From the NCBI GenBank assembly GCA_030141605.1, contig JAQGDQ010001937.1, positions 1 to 20,123 of the forward strand: a DNA stretch of 20,123 nucleotides. The letters run 5' to 3'. The position numbers and the translations under genes were made by a program. Of this stretch, positions 1 through 11,082 are shown in pieces. The notes under the pieces were generated by a model. It saw only the letters and a list, made by a program, of their open reading frames with translations, was not told where the DNA came from and searched no databases. Every line of letters begins with the position of its first letter. Position 1 is the stretch's first letter. Origin of the DNA: Tubiluchus corallicola (Eukaryota; Animalia; Priapulida).

Positions 1-582
1 TTTGCTCAAATGGATGCTGACTGTTATTTTCATTTTAAGAATTAGTTTTCCTAATTAGATGTGTCAGATCTTACAAGTTTAAACAGAATGCAAAAAAATA
101 ACAAAAATAATCGGAATGACTTCAGAAAATTCTCCCAATGCTGTGATTAAAAATTATTTGGCCACTTCTATCACATAAGTGAACTAAAGAGTTAAAGATG
201 TTGAAGATGCCAATTTGAAAAAATGTGGTTGAGAGAGCGGTTGCTCCCCTATTTGCTACACCACAGATGATGTCAGATCACATTTGTCTTATTATAACAG
301 ACTGTTCCAATGTTTGAAATGCAAGTAGTTTAATGTGAATTTTAATGAAAGGCAAGACTATATCAGATCCAGTAACACCTCCTCGGTAAATATGGCAGTT
401 TGAGAATTGTCCGACTACAGCTACAGAAGTTGAATCTCAAGAGCACTTTGTTGCTCCTAGACCAGTGTGCTCCTAACTAGAATCATTAGATGTGTCATAT
501 CTCTGCTACATATGTTAGTGTGGGCACTTTCACACGTTCCATAAACTGTGCCAACAGCAGTGTCCTAGACGAGATAATCTTA

Positions 583-792
<210 letters not shown>

Positions 793-1167
793 CTAAACCA
801 CTTCACAGCCTCTTTAAGAAGAATTTAACTGACCTGAATGACAAGATTCCACTGTCATGGCTAATGTGCAAACTAAGCAACATCTATGTCATTAGCAATG
901 TCAGCTGCACATGCTAAGAACACTTAATTCAACCAGATGATTGAAAATAAACAGCGGTACTTTTGAAGTGATGCAACGAAGCTGGTGTTGATGAAATTGG
1001 TGAAGACACAACGGTGGCCATGGACACCATCTCTAAGGCAGTGACAGCAGTAAAATTATTGAGGATGTCAATGGTGACGACGATGATAGTTTTGACAGTG
1101 ATGGTGATGTAGCAAAAGATGCAGTAACCTATAGTCTGCAGTCATAATACAGACATGGCAGATAACT

Positions 1168-1384
1168 TATGATGTCATAATGCCAAAAAACTAGATTCAA
1201 TTTAGAACATATGATGTCATAATACTGAAAACGAGATTCAATTTGGAACATATGATGTCATAATACCGAAAACCAGATTCAATTTGGAACATATGATGTC
1301 ATAATACCAAAACCAGATTCAATTTGGAACATATGATGTCATAATACCAAAAACCAGATTCAATTTGGAACATATGATGTCATA
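1168..1384. repeat. 41-bp minisatellite, ~5 copies, PGM intron 6
   Basis: CATATGATGTCATAATACC...AGATTCAATTTGGAA recurs at 1208, 1249, 1290, 1330, 1371. Confidence 0.9.
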
Positions 1385-1644
1385 AAATCGAGTGTTGCAT
1401 TGAGTTGCAATTAACCACACAGTCAGTATCGTTTTAAAAATAATTTATCCGCATCATTTGAAATACAGTATCATCTAAAAAAATGGTTATGGTTCTCATA
1501 TCTTTGGAAAATTGCTATTGTATCATATTGCTATTGTATGGCCAAATGTAACATCCTGGTACTGAAGACATGTGCAGACAACAACAACAACAACACAGAC
1601 GACATTATTAACCTAAACATGACAAAAAATTGAATGAAAGATTA

Positions 1645-2424
<780 letters not shown>

Positions 2425-2618
2425 TGTGGTAAATGAAATTCTACAACTAAAGTATGCAGTATATCAAGAAAGATGACAATTTCTTTTTGTTTTTTGCTTG
2501 TCAAAGATAATATCTATTACTATTTATTATTACTATAAGTACATCAGTGATGTGCTTAACTATTTTAAAGAATTAGTCATCATTTTCAACAATGATGACA
2601 ACAATATCAACTACATAC

Positions 2619-2809
2619 ACCGTCACCGTCGAATGCGGCACCGAAGCCATACTCTCCACCCTGCATGGCATTCACAAGATTGGCAGCGTAGGTGAGATTG
2701 GGGTCCGGATGCAGGCCCCCAAAGTCGGGCAAAATGTCGCAGTTCACCGCACATTCCGCCGGCATTCCCAGTTCCCCGCACAGAATGCATGTAACGTACG
2801 GTCCGCACA
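2619..2809 (-). CDS. PGM1: Phosphoglucomutase coding exon 5 (using the exon-proximal acceptor)
   Basis: (V)[63 protein letters not shown]; HPDPNLTYA and FDGDG motifs; TTTGCAG| acceptor, GGT|GTATGT donor; 191 nt. The 5' boundary is ambiguous because 16 equivalent acceptors lie upstream. Confidence 0.92.
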
Positions 2810-3555
2810 CTGCAAATACAGACAGATCAACATGTGTAACGTACAGTCCGCACACTGCAAATACAGACAGATCAACATGTGTAACGTACGGTCCGCACAC
2901 TGCAAATACAGACAGATCAACATGTGTGACGTACGGTCCGCACACTGCAAATACAGACAGATCAACATGTGTGACGTACAGTCCGCACACTGCAAATACA
3001 GACAGATCAACATGTGAGACGTACGGTCCGCACACTGCAAATACAGACAGATCAACACGTGTGACGTACGGTCCGCACACTGCAAATACAGACAGATCAA
3101 CATGTGTGACGTACGGTCCGCACACTGCAAATACAGACAGATCAACATGTGTGACGTACGGTCCGCACACTGCAAATACAGACAGATCAACATGTTTGAC
3201 GTACGGTCCGCACACTGCAAATACAGACAGATCAACATGTGTGACGTACGGTCCGCACACTGCAAATACAGACAGATCAACATGTGTGACGTACGGTCCG
3301 CACACTGCAAATACAGACAGATCAACATGTGTGACGTACGGTCCGCACACTGCAAATACAGACAGATCAACATGTGTGACGTACGGTCCGCACACTGCAA
3401 ATACAGACAGATCAACATGTGTGACGTACGGTCCGCACACTGCAAATACAGACAGATAAACACGTGTGACGTACGGTCCGCACACTGCAAATACAGACAG
3501 ATCAACATGTGTGACATACGGTCCGCACACTGCAAATACAGACAGATTAACATGT
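2790..3555 (-). repeat. 45-bp tandem array, 17 copies, spanning the intron 4/exon 5 acceptor
   Basis: Minus-strand unit ACATGTTGATCTGTCTGTATTTGCAG|TGTGCGGACCGTACGTCAC; acceptors every 45 nt from 3530 to 2810; no indels. Confidence 0.98.
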
Positions 3556-4446
3556 TTGCACAGGTAAATGGAACACAGAGGTGAGAATAATTACAGTTTC
3601 CTATATCAGACAACAACACAATGATGCAATGTAACATGTGATTGATGATGTCATGTTATAATATCATGGCATTTAAATTTTATGATTATTGCTGAAAGAA
3701 AGTAAATGATTTTTGAATTTAATTTACTAAAGATTATTTCTGCTCTCTATTTACATCACAGCAGGTGCCTAATGCATTTTTCTTGACAAAGTTTTCGACG
3801 TAACGAAGTAACGCAAAGTTTTAAATTAAGAGAAAAAATTTCTTTTCTCAAAATGCAATAATTACTATGAGCAGTGTCAAACAAGCATTAGTAAGTAATA
3901 ATCAGCACAATACAGGGTGGGTGAAAAAAACAACAATACAAGGTGGGTGAAAAAACAATGCCATGGAAATGCTGATACACATGTACGTAAACTGTACAAA
4001 ATATACAAAAAAACAAATTTACACAGTAGGTATATTGAAATTTTTACGTCGTTACGCCATGATATTATTGCAAAGAAGGTCATATGTCTAATGGCGCATT
4101 CACACTAGTGTGTTTTCTTGCCAAGTTAACTCACTAAGTAACTTGCAAACACGTTCAAACTAAAGAGCCAAACTTACTGCCAGTTACTCTCCGACAGCGA
4201 GCACGAGTTCACGCTCACCTCTCTATTTGCTGCAAGAAATGTTGACTGACGAAAGCGTTCTCACTAGAGAGCAAATTAACACACAGCAACTGACAGTAAC
4301 TCGCAAAGCTGTTCACACTTGCAAACTCACTGTCAGAGAGAAAATTTAGGACAGAAAATTTGCAGTTATACATCTTCATGAGAACTTCAACAATGATATT
4401 TTGATATGAGTTGAAATAAAACCTAAAGTTTCATGCGTTGATTACG

Positions 4447-6503
4447 TGAAACTTACCACCGTGCATGGCATTAATTAAAACCTTCATAGCGCCACCTTGT
4501 AGCAATGAAACTTACCACCGTGCATCGCATTAATTAAAACCTTCATAGCGCCACCTTGTGGCAATGAAACTTACCACCGTGCATGGCATTAATTAAAACC
4601 TTCATAGCGCCACCTTGTAGCAATGAAACTTACCACCGTGCATGGCATTAATTAAAACCTTCATAGCGCCACCTTGTGGCAATGAAACTTACCACCGTGC
4701 ATCGCATTAATTAAAACCTTCATAGCGCCACCTTGTGGCAATGAAACTTACCACCGTGCATGGCATTAATTAAAACCTTCATAGCGCCACCTTGTAGCAA
4801 TGAAACTTACCACCGTGCATGGCATTAATTAAAACCTTCATAGCGCCACCTTGTAGCAATGAAACTTACCATCGTGCATCGCATTAATTAAAACCTTCAT
4901 AGCGCCACCTTGTAGCAATGAAACTTACCACCGTGCATGGCATTAATTAAAACCTTCATAGCGCCACCTTGTAGCAATGAAACTTACCACCGTGCATGGC
5001 ATTAATTAAAACCTTCATAGCGCCACCTTGTGGCAATGAAACTTACCACCGTGCATGGCATTAATTAAAACCTTCATAGCGCCACCTTGTAGCAATGAAA
5101 CTTACCACCGTGCATCGCATTAATTAAAACCTTCATAGCGCCACCTTGTAGCAATGAAACTTACCACCGTGCATCGCATTAATTAAAACCTTCATAGCGC
5201 CACCTTGTAGCAATGAAACTTACCACCGTGCATGGCATTAATTAAAACCTTCATAGCGCCACCTTGTAGCAATGAAACTTACCACCGTGCATCGCATTAA
5301 TTAAAACCTTCATAGCGCCACCTTGTAGCAATGAAACTTACCACCGTGCATCGCATTAATTAAAACCTTCATAGCGCCACCTTGTAGCAATGAAACTTAC
5401 CACCGTGCATGGCATTAATTAAAACCTTCATAGCGCCACCTTGTAGCAATGAAACTTACCACCGTGCATGGCATTAATTAAAACCTTCATAGCGCCACCT
5501 TGTAGCAATGAAACTTACCACCGTGCATGGCATTAATTAAAACCTTCATGCCACCTTGTAGCAATGAAACTTACCAGTGCATGGCATTAATTAAACCTTC
5601 ATAGCGCCACCTTGTAGCAATGAAACTTACCACCGTGCATGGCATTAATTAAAACCTTCATAGCGCCACCTTGTAGCAATGAAACTTACCACCGTGCATG
5701 GCATTAATTAAAACCTTCATAGCGCCACCTTGTAGCAATGAAACTTACCACCGTGCATCGCATTAATTAAAACCTTCATAGCGCCACCTTGTAGCAATGA
5801 AACTTACCACCGTGCATGGCATTAATTAAAACCTTCATAGCGCCACCTTGTAGCAATGAAACTTACCACCGTGCATGGCATTAATTAAAACCTTCATAGC
5901 GCCACCTTGTAGCAATGAAACTTACCACCGTGCATGGCATTAATTAAAACCTTCATAGCGCCACCTTGTAGTAATGAAACTTACCACCGTGCATGGCATT
6001 AATTAAAACCTTCATAGCGCCACCTTGTAGCAATGAAACTTACCACCGTGCATGGCATTAATTAAAACCTTCATAGCGCCACCTTGTAGCAATGAAACTT
6101 ACCACCGTGCATCGCATTAATTAAAACCTTCATAGCGCCACCTTGTAGCAATGAAACTTACCACCGTGCATGGCATTAATTAAAACCTTCATAGCGCCAC
6201 CTTGTAGCAATGAAACTTACCACCGTGCATGGCATTAATTAAAACCTTCATAGCGCCACCTTGTAGCAATGAAACTACCACCGTGCATGATTATTAAAAC
6301 TTCATAGCGCCACCTTGTAGCAATGAAACTTACCACCGTGCATGGCATTAATTAAAACCTTCATAGCGCCACCTTGTAGCAATGAAACTTACCACCGTGC
6401 ATGGCATTAATTAAAACCTTCATAGCGCCACCTTGTAGCAATGAAACTTACCACCGTGCATCGCATTAATTAAAACCTTCATAGCGCCACCTTGTAGCAA
6501 TGA
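4447..6503 (-). repeat. 59-bp tandem array, ~35 copies, spanning the exon 4/intron 4 donor
   Basis: Minus-strand unit TTGCTACAAGGTGGCGCTATGAAGGTTTTAATTAATGCSATGCACGGTG|GTAAGTTTCA; near-identical copies, small deletions near 5549-5595 and 6276-6300. Confidence 0.98.
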
Positions 6504-6632
6504 TTTGATTGAGTTAAAGTCAAATATTTCTCTCATCATCTCACAGTAATCAGCTACAGAATCCACAACTTCGACTGTAAACTCTCTTCCTTCTACTTGA
6601 AATTTCTGAGTACCAATTATTGATATGTCTGC
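6452..6632 (-). CDS. PGM1: Phosphoglucomutase coding exon 4
   Basis: ADISIIGTQKFQVEGREFTVEVVDSVADYCEMMREIFDFNSIKSLLQGGAMKVLINAMHG; TTTCAG| acceptor, first donor G|GTAAGT at 6451; 181 nt, phase 0 to 1. Confidence 0.93.
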
Positions 6633-6832
6633 CTGAAACAAAATTGTTAACTGTGACAAAAAGACTTCAGGTAAAAAAACTGCAAGCATTTTATTTATAA
6701 AATAATTATTATAGAAACTTTGTGCGAAGCTATTTTACTTAACTTCCAACGCATGGAATTACAATTACGTGACAAAATGTCTGAATATCTCCATTAACAA
6801 TTTAAACCTGCGTTACATCAGCAATTTTTGAA

Positions 6833-6906
6833 TAAACCTTTTCACAGTTGCAGCGATTGACGATGATCGTGAAAAGGTCAAAGGATACGCATACCAAACA
6901 TGCACT
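6833..6906 (-). mobile_element. Solo terminal fragment of the MITE family at 11989-12394
   Basis: Reverse complement of CCTTTTCACAGTTGCAGCGATTGACGATGATCGTGAAAAGGTCAAAGG closely matches 12345-12392. Confidence 0.65.
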
Positions 6907-7007
6907 AACAGCAGTAAGAACGTGATGAAATAAGATTTCTTATTCAGAGCAGTAAGAACGAATGTTATCAACACCTGTTGTTGTCACTGCATCACTATGA
7001 TACAAAC

Positions 7008-7090
7008 CTGTAGATCCGGACAGATGTAGTACATTCCTATTGTAGTAGTTATCTGATGAATCTTGTTTGTAACGGCATCTGGCGCTGGAC
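7008..7090 (-). CDS. PGM1: Phosphoglucomutase coding exon 3
   Basis: (G)PAPDAVTNKIHQITTTIGMYYICPDLQ; TTTTTTTACCAG| acceptor, CAG|GTTTGT donor; 83 nt, phase 1 to 0. Confidence 0.92.
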
Positions 7091-7131
7091 CTGGTAAAAA
7101 AACACGATAAACATTAGTTGTTAGGATACCA

Positions 7132-7425
7132 GCTGTTTTGATGTATGTAATTTGTGAACCTAAAATGTAGAACAGATTTACAGATCCAGGTACAGCAGCT
7201 TAGTCATCCATCCACTTATTGATTAGAGCTAATGCTGTTTTGATGTATGTAATTTGTGAACCTAAAATGTAGAACAGATTTACAAATCCAGGTGCAGCAG
7301 CAGCTACTTTGTTTTATTTTCTGTTAATTATGGAATTATGCAAATCAGTATCCGGCTTGTAACTGAAGTCTACAAATGAAATGCTTAGTCATCCATCCAC
7401 TTACTGACTAGAGCTAATGCTGTTT
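7132..7425. repeat. Local interrupted duplication in PGM intron 2
   Basis: 7132-7199 repeated at 7234-7301; 7198-7240 repeated at 7383-7425. Confidence 0.85.
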
Positions 7426-7785
7426 AATGTCAAAGCCAAGCATGCATGGTGATTAATCAGCGAAAGCTTTGCCCAAAAGTCCATCTAAGCAATTAAAACT
7501 ACAGTGCACTACGAATAAGGGCCAGTGTAATCTCGTACAGCGACTATACTAAGGATGGTCTTTTGTTTTATTAACACAAGCAATGACTACAATCATAAAC
7601 TTAAACTGTGAGGCATTATTTCACAACGGAATAAAACACCCACAAATAATGTTATTTTTTCTAACAAACATAAAAACCAAAACATTACAGTCATGCTGCC
7701 CTCTAGCTTAGGTAGCACGGCAAAGCGATACACAACTTTATTGGCACGAATAACAGAAAAAGTTACGGAAAACTTTGCAGAACTA

Positions 7786-7950
<165 letters not shown>

Positions 7951-8694
7951 CTACAAAGTAAAGTATTAGCTGAAATCTCAACCAAACAGGTAATTAACGT
8001 GTAGGAATTCTAGAAGTTTGAAAAAATATATAAGTAATCTGCACATCAAGCATGGAAGACAGGCCAATTTTCAAAAACTACAAAAGATGATTTGTGGGTG
8101 CAAGTTAATTTACAAGTTAGTTAAGATTTTATGTTGTCGGATGCAAAATTTATTCTTCGAAGAAATTATAACGAATCACGACCATGATGAAGATTATAAA
8201 ACAGTTAGTGCAAATGCTATATGCAAGATACCACATTCATAATGTGAGCATTGACCCACCATATAACACAGTTGTACCAAAAGTACACCGTTATGCTCTA
8301 AAAATTTGTAAAATATTAACACCATGTCAATTACATCCACACGGAGTTGCACTGATACTCCCAAGAAAAAGCTGACATTCTGCTCAACGAGTGGCCTACG
8401 ATTCTCATTTTTGTAAACATTCACTGTCACTCTGTTATGTAAGTTATACATTGTATAAAGACTAAAGATAAAACCTTCACGATGGGTTTAGCTATTATGT
8501 TTTATTTATTGCTATAGTTACACTAAAATACGCTCTAAAAAAAAAAAAAAAAAACAACAACACACACAACAAACAAAAACAACAAAAAAAAAACACAAAA
8601 CCAACACACACCCCAAAACAAAACCACACAAAAGTATGCTCTAAATCTATGACACCTTACTTTTTAAGTAATTTGCAAATAGCTGAAAAAAGTT

Positions 8695-9222
8695 GTATGA
8701 GAGACTTGGGAGTAATGATTTCTAAGGACCTCAAATGCAATTCCCATATGAACCACATCATTGCAAAAGCAAACTGTCATATTGGCATGATAAGTCCTTT
8801 GTGATATCATGAAATGCATCAGTAGTTATTCCTTTCTATATAGCTGTTGTTCAACCCATTCTGGAATATGCGTCGGTTGTATTGTCACCCCAGTATGCTG
8901 TTCTCAACAAAACTTTGGAAAGAACTCAGAACTGATGTGCTCCTTCTACCAGTGATTTGAATCCCACTTTGATTTCTACTCTCGGTCAAAGGTGTGAGAC
9001 TGCAAATCTTGCGAACTGTTTCAAAGTGCTCTTCTGGCAAAAATAGGCTTTTTTCGAGGCCTCACAGAGTAATTCATGGTCATGACTCTAAGTTTTTTGA
9101 ACAACCAGCTATAACCAAAATCAGATCTCACTTCTTTGGGCATCACGTAGTTCAACCATGGAATCATCTTTCACCATCAACCATCAGTGCTTCATAAATT
9201 GACAGTTTCAAAAGACATTTGA
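8695..9222 (+). mobile_element. Degenerate CR1/L2-group LINE, 3' end of ORF2, in PGM intron 1
   Basis: Frameshifted pieces RDLGVMISKDLKCNSHMNHIIAKAN, YIAVVQPILEYASVVLSP...LERTQ and HGHDSK...RSHFFGHHVVQPWNHL...IDSFKRHL follow the typical C-terminal CR1 ORF2 pattern (DLGV, RP.LEY, GH..K, FF..RV...WN.L, SFK..L). Confidence 0.85.
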
Positions 9223-9368
9223 GAGGGGATCGTTTACAGATAGTTACCGTCTAGGTTCTTATTTCTTTGGATAAGGTAATAATTATGACAGAATTTTAAG
9301 GCTCACTAAAATACTCACTACGAGACATCAAAAATAACACTGAGTCTCAATTTCATAAATTTTCTTAC

Positions 9369-9611
9369 CCGATTTGCAGCACACATCTTAATGATGATGT
9401 CAGCAGCCCCTTTGCAGTAATACCTGCCATCACCACCTACGACAAGTGTACTATCAACCAACTGGTTTTCCAAAGCAGTAAGAGTGGCTTGAACGAAATT
9501 CTCGGTATAATTTTTCTGCATGAAAATCTTAACACTTTTTCTTAATCCACTTGTACCCGGTTTCATGCCATCATAAATGGTTGTGGGTGTCTCAACAGCT
9601 CGGTGATCCAT
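9369..9611 (-). CDS. PGM1: Phosphoglucomutase (PGM1-type), coding exon 1
   Basis: MDHRAVETPTTIYDGMKPGTSGLRK...VVGGDGRYY...MCAANR; KPGTSGLRK and GGDGR are PGM hallmarks. ATG at 9611-9609, preceded by TTTCAG|G; donor CGG|GTAAGA, phase 0; 243 nt. Confidence 0.95.
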
Positions 9612-10499
9612 CCTGAAATATTTTAGTTGGAAGTAGAAACGCCGAAAAAATGGCAAAAACGCTTGTACAGTATGCCGGCCACCAGATGCATAACCGATAA
9701 AAAAATTTTGTTTGCAAAACTTTAATACTAAAAATTTATAAAACCAAAAAGTATTAAAAATTTGACAAAAAATTAAAATTTGTTATAATTTTGCAAATTC
9801 TTTTGGAGATTCTTTTGTAATTTTACCTCAGATGTTAATAAATTTATTGATTAGTTGTGTTGAGAAAACGATCTTAGCACCATCTACGTAAACAAAGTTA
9901 CTATACAGTACATGGAGAAATTTGAGAATTTGGGTCAAAGTCTAGTTTCCGGAGAAATTAGTCCTGCAGAGAATAATAGAGTATCTGAATCGTCCAGCTT
10001 GTTACAGTCTTGTGACCGTGATGTTCCCAGGTAGCGTTTCCACGGATTGGCGTACTTGGGCTAGCCCTAGTACGGGCAGCGTCTGTTGACCTAGTTTATT
10101 TAGTAATAATAATTGAAAACGTCAATGTTGAATAATAATACATCTCATGAAGTAAAAGAATCATGTTCTGGGCTAGTAGAATGGCCAATATTAAATTTGG
10201 CTTCAACATTAATCTTTTTGAAGAGAAATAAACCCACATTTAGGCTATCCCAACATTTGCTTAAGGTATATCATTTTTTATTTTGTGTCGCTTCACAGAC
10301 AGGTGATCCGTTTCACTACCTCTTGGACAAATAATTGTTTTCTATTAAGTAAAAGTTTTATTTTTAAACTTGCAATTATTTCTGTAATATCTCTGTGCCT
10401 AGTTTTTCTCTTTAAAGCATTAGATACTTAGCTTAATGTTATTAACATAGAACATTTATTTTCTCCAATTAGTTTAGCATCAAAAGTTTTTTAAATATT

Positions 10500-10560
10500 A
10501 AGTAATTATAATAACGGAGCAGGGAAGGACCATAGGGTCATCTAGTCTCCTGCCCTTTCT
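10500..10560 (-). mobile_element. Possible CR1-like 3' terminus fragment
   Basis: Minus strand GACTAGATGACCCTATGGTCCTTCCCTGCTCCG followed by an ATT-rich tail resembles CR1 3' UTR ends; recalled similarity only. Confidence 0.4.
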
Positions 10561-10922
10561 TATAAATAGATTAGTATATTGAAAATTAACGGTGATGCTG
10601 CAGATAAGAAAAACAAAAACTAATAAGAAAATAATTATAATAAAAACAGTATAAATGATACAAATTATCCAAAAAAAACTGAAAACAAAAAATAATAAAG
10701 TTAGATACCTAAATCTAAACAAAACAATACAATTATTCAGTATTTAGGATTATTATATGTAGTAGTTTCAAATGGGGTCTTATTAACAGGGGAATTTGAC
10801 CAAGGTTAGTGAGTAAAGTTAAAAACTGAGAGTATGAAAAGAAAAAAATAAGCGTCAAAAAAGTGTAATATAGAAAAATTTATGAGAAAAGTAAGTATGA
10901 GAAAGAGCAACAATTACTTAGG

Positions 10923-11082
10923 AGATAAATGTGGTTATAAGTGTGATAAAAGTGTGATAAATGTGATTATAAGTGTGATGTGATTATAAGTATGATAAAT
11001 GTGGTTATAAGTGTGATAAATGTGGTTATAAGTGTGATAAATGTGGTTATAAGTGTGACAAAAGTGTGATAAATGTGATAAA
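10923..11082. repeat. ~21-bp (10-11-bp subunit) AT-rich minisatellite
   Basis: GATAAATGTGGTTATAAGTGT and variants repeated. Confidence 0.9.

Noticed and set aside
2592-3637. Long repetitive ORFs (141, 255, 297, 160 aa) as independent genes
   Set aside because: By-products of a 45-bp (3n) repeat that lacks stops in several frames; only the frame continuous with PGM exon 5 has support.
4093-4345. Possible DNA transposon starting GGCGCATTCACACT in the intron 4 core
   Set aside because: Resembles a TIR, but no matching inverted end or TSD was found.
5549-6300. Small deletions in a few 59-bp units as functional variants
   Set aside because: Clustered 1-3-nt deletions in single units look like long-read consensus errors; cannot be interpreted without reads.
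4447-6503. CRISPR-like array
   Set aside because: Units are head-to-tail with no unique spacers, derive from a host exon-intron junction, and the context is a spliceosomal eukaryotic gene.
8537-8633. A/C-only tract (similar tracts at ~10600-10730 and ~15930-16045)
   Set aside because: Low-complexity decayed poly(A) or low-quality consensus; the similar flanks (TACGCTCTAAA/TATGCTCTAAA) hint at a TSD but no element body is recognisable.
9612-9656. N-terminal extension MPFFRRFYFQLKYFR of PGM
   Set aside because: Begins at a non-ATG codon and covers an acceptor-like sequence; PGM similarity starts at the ATG at 9611.
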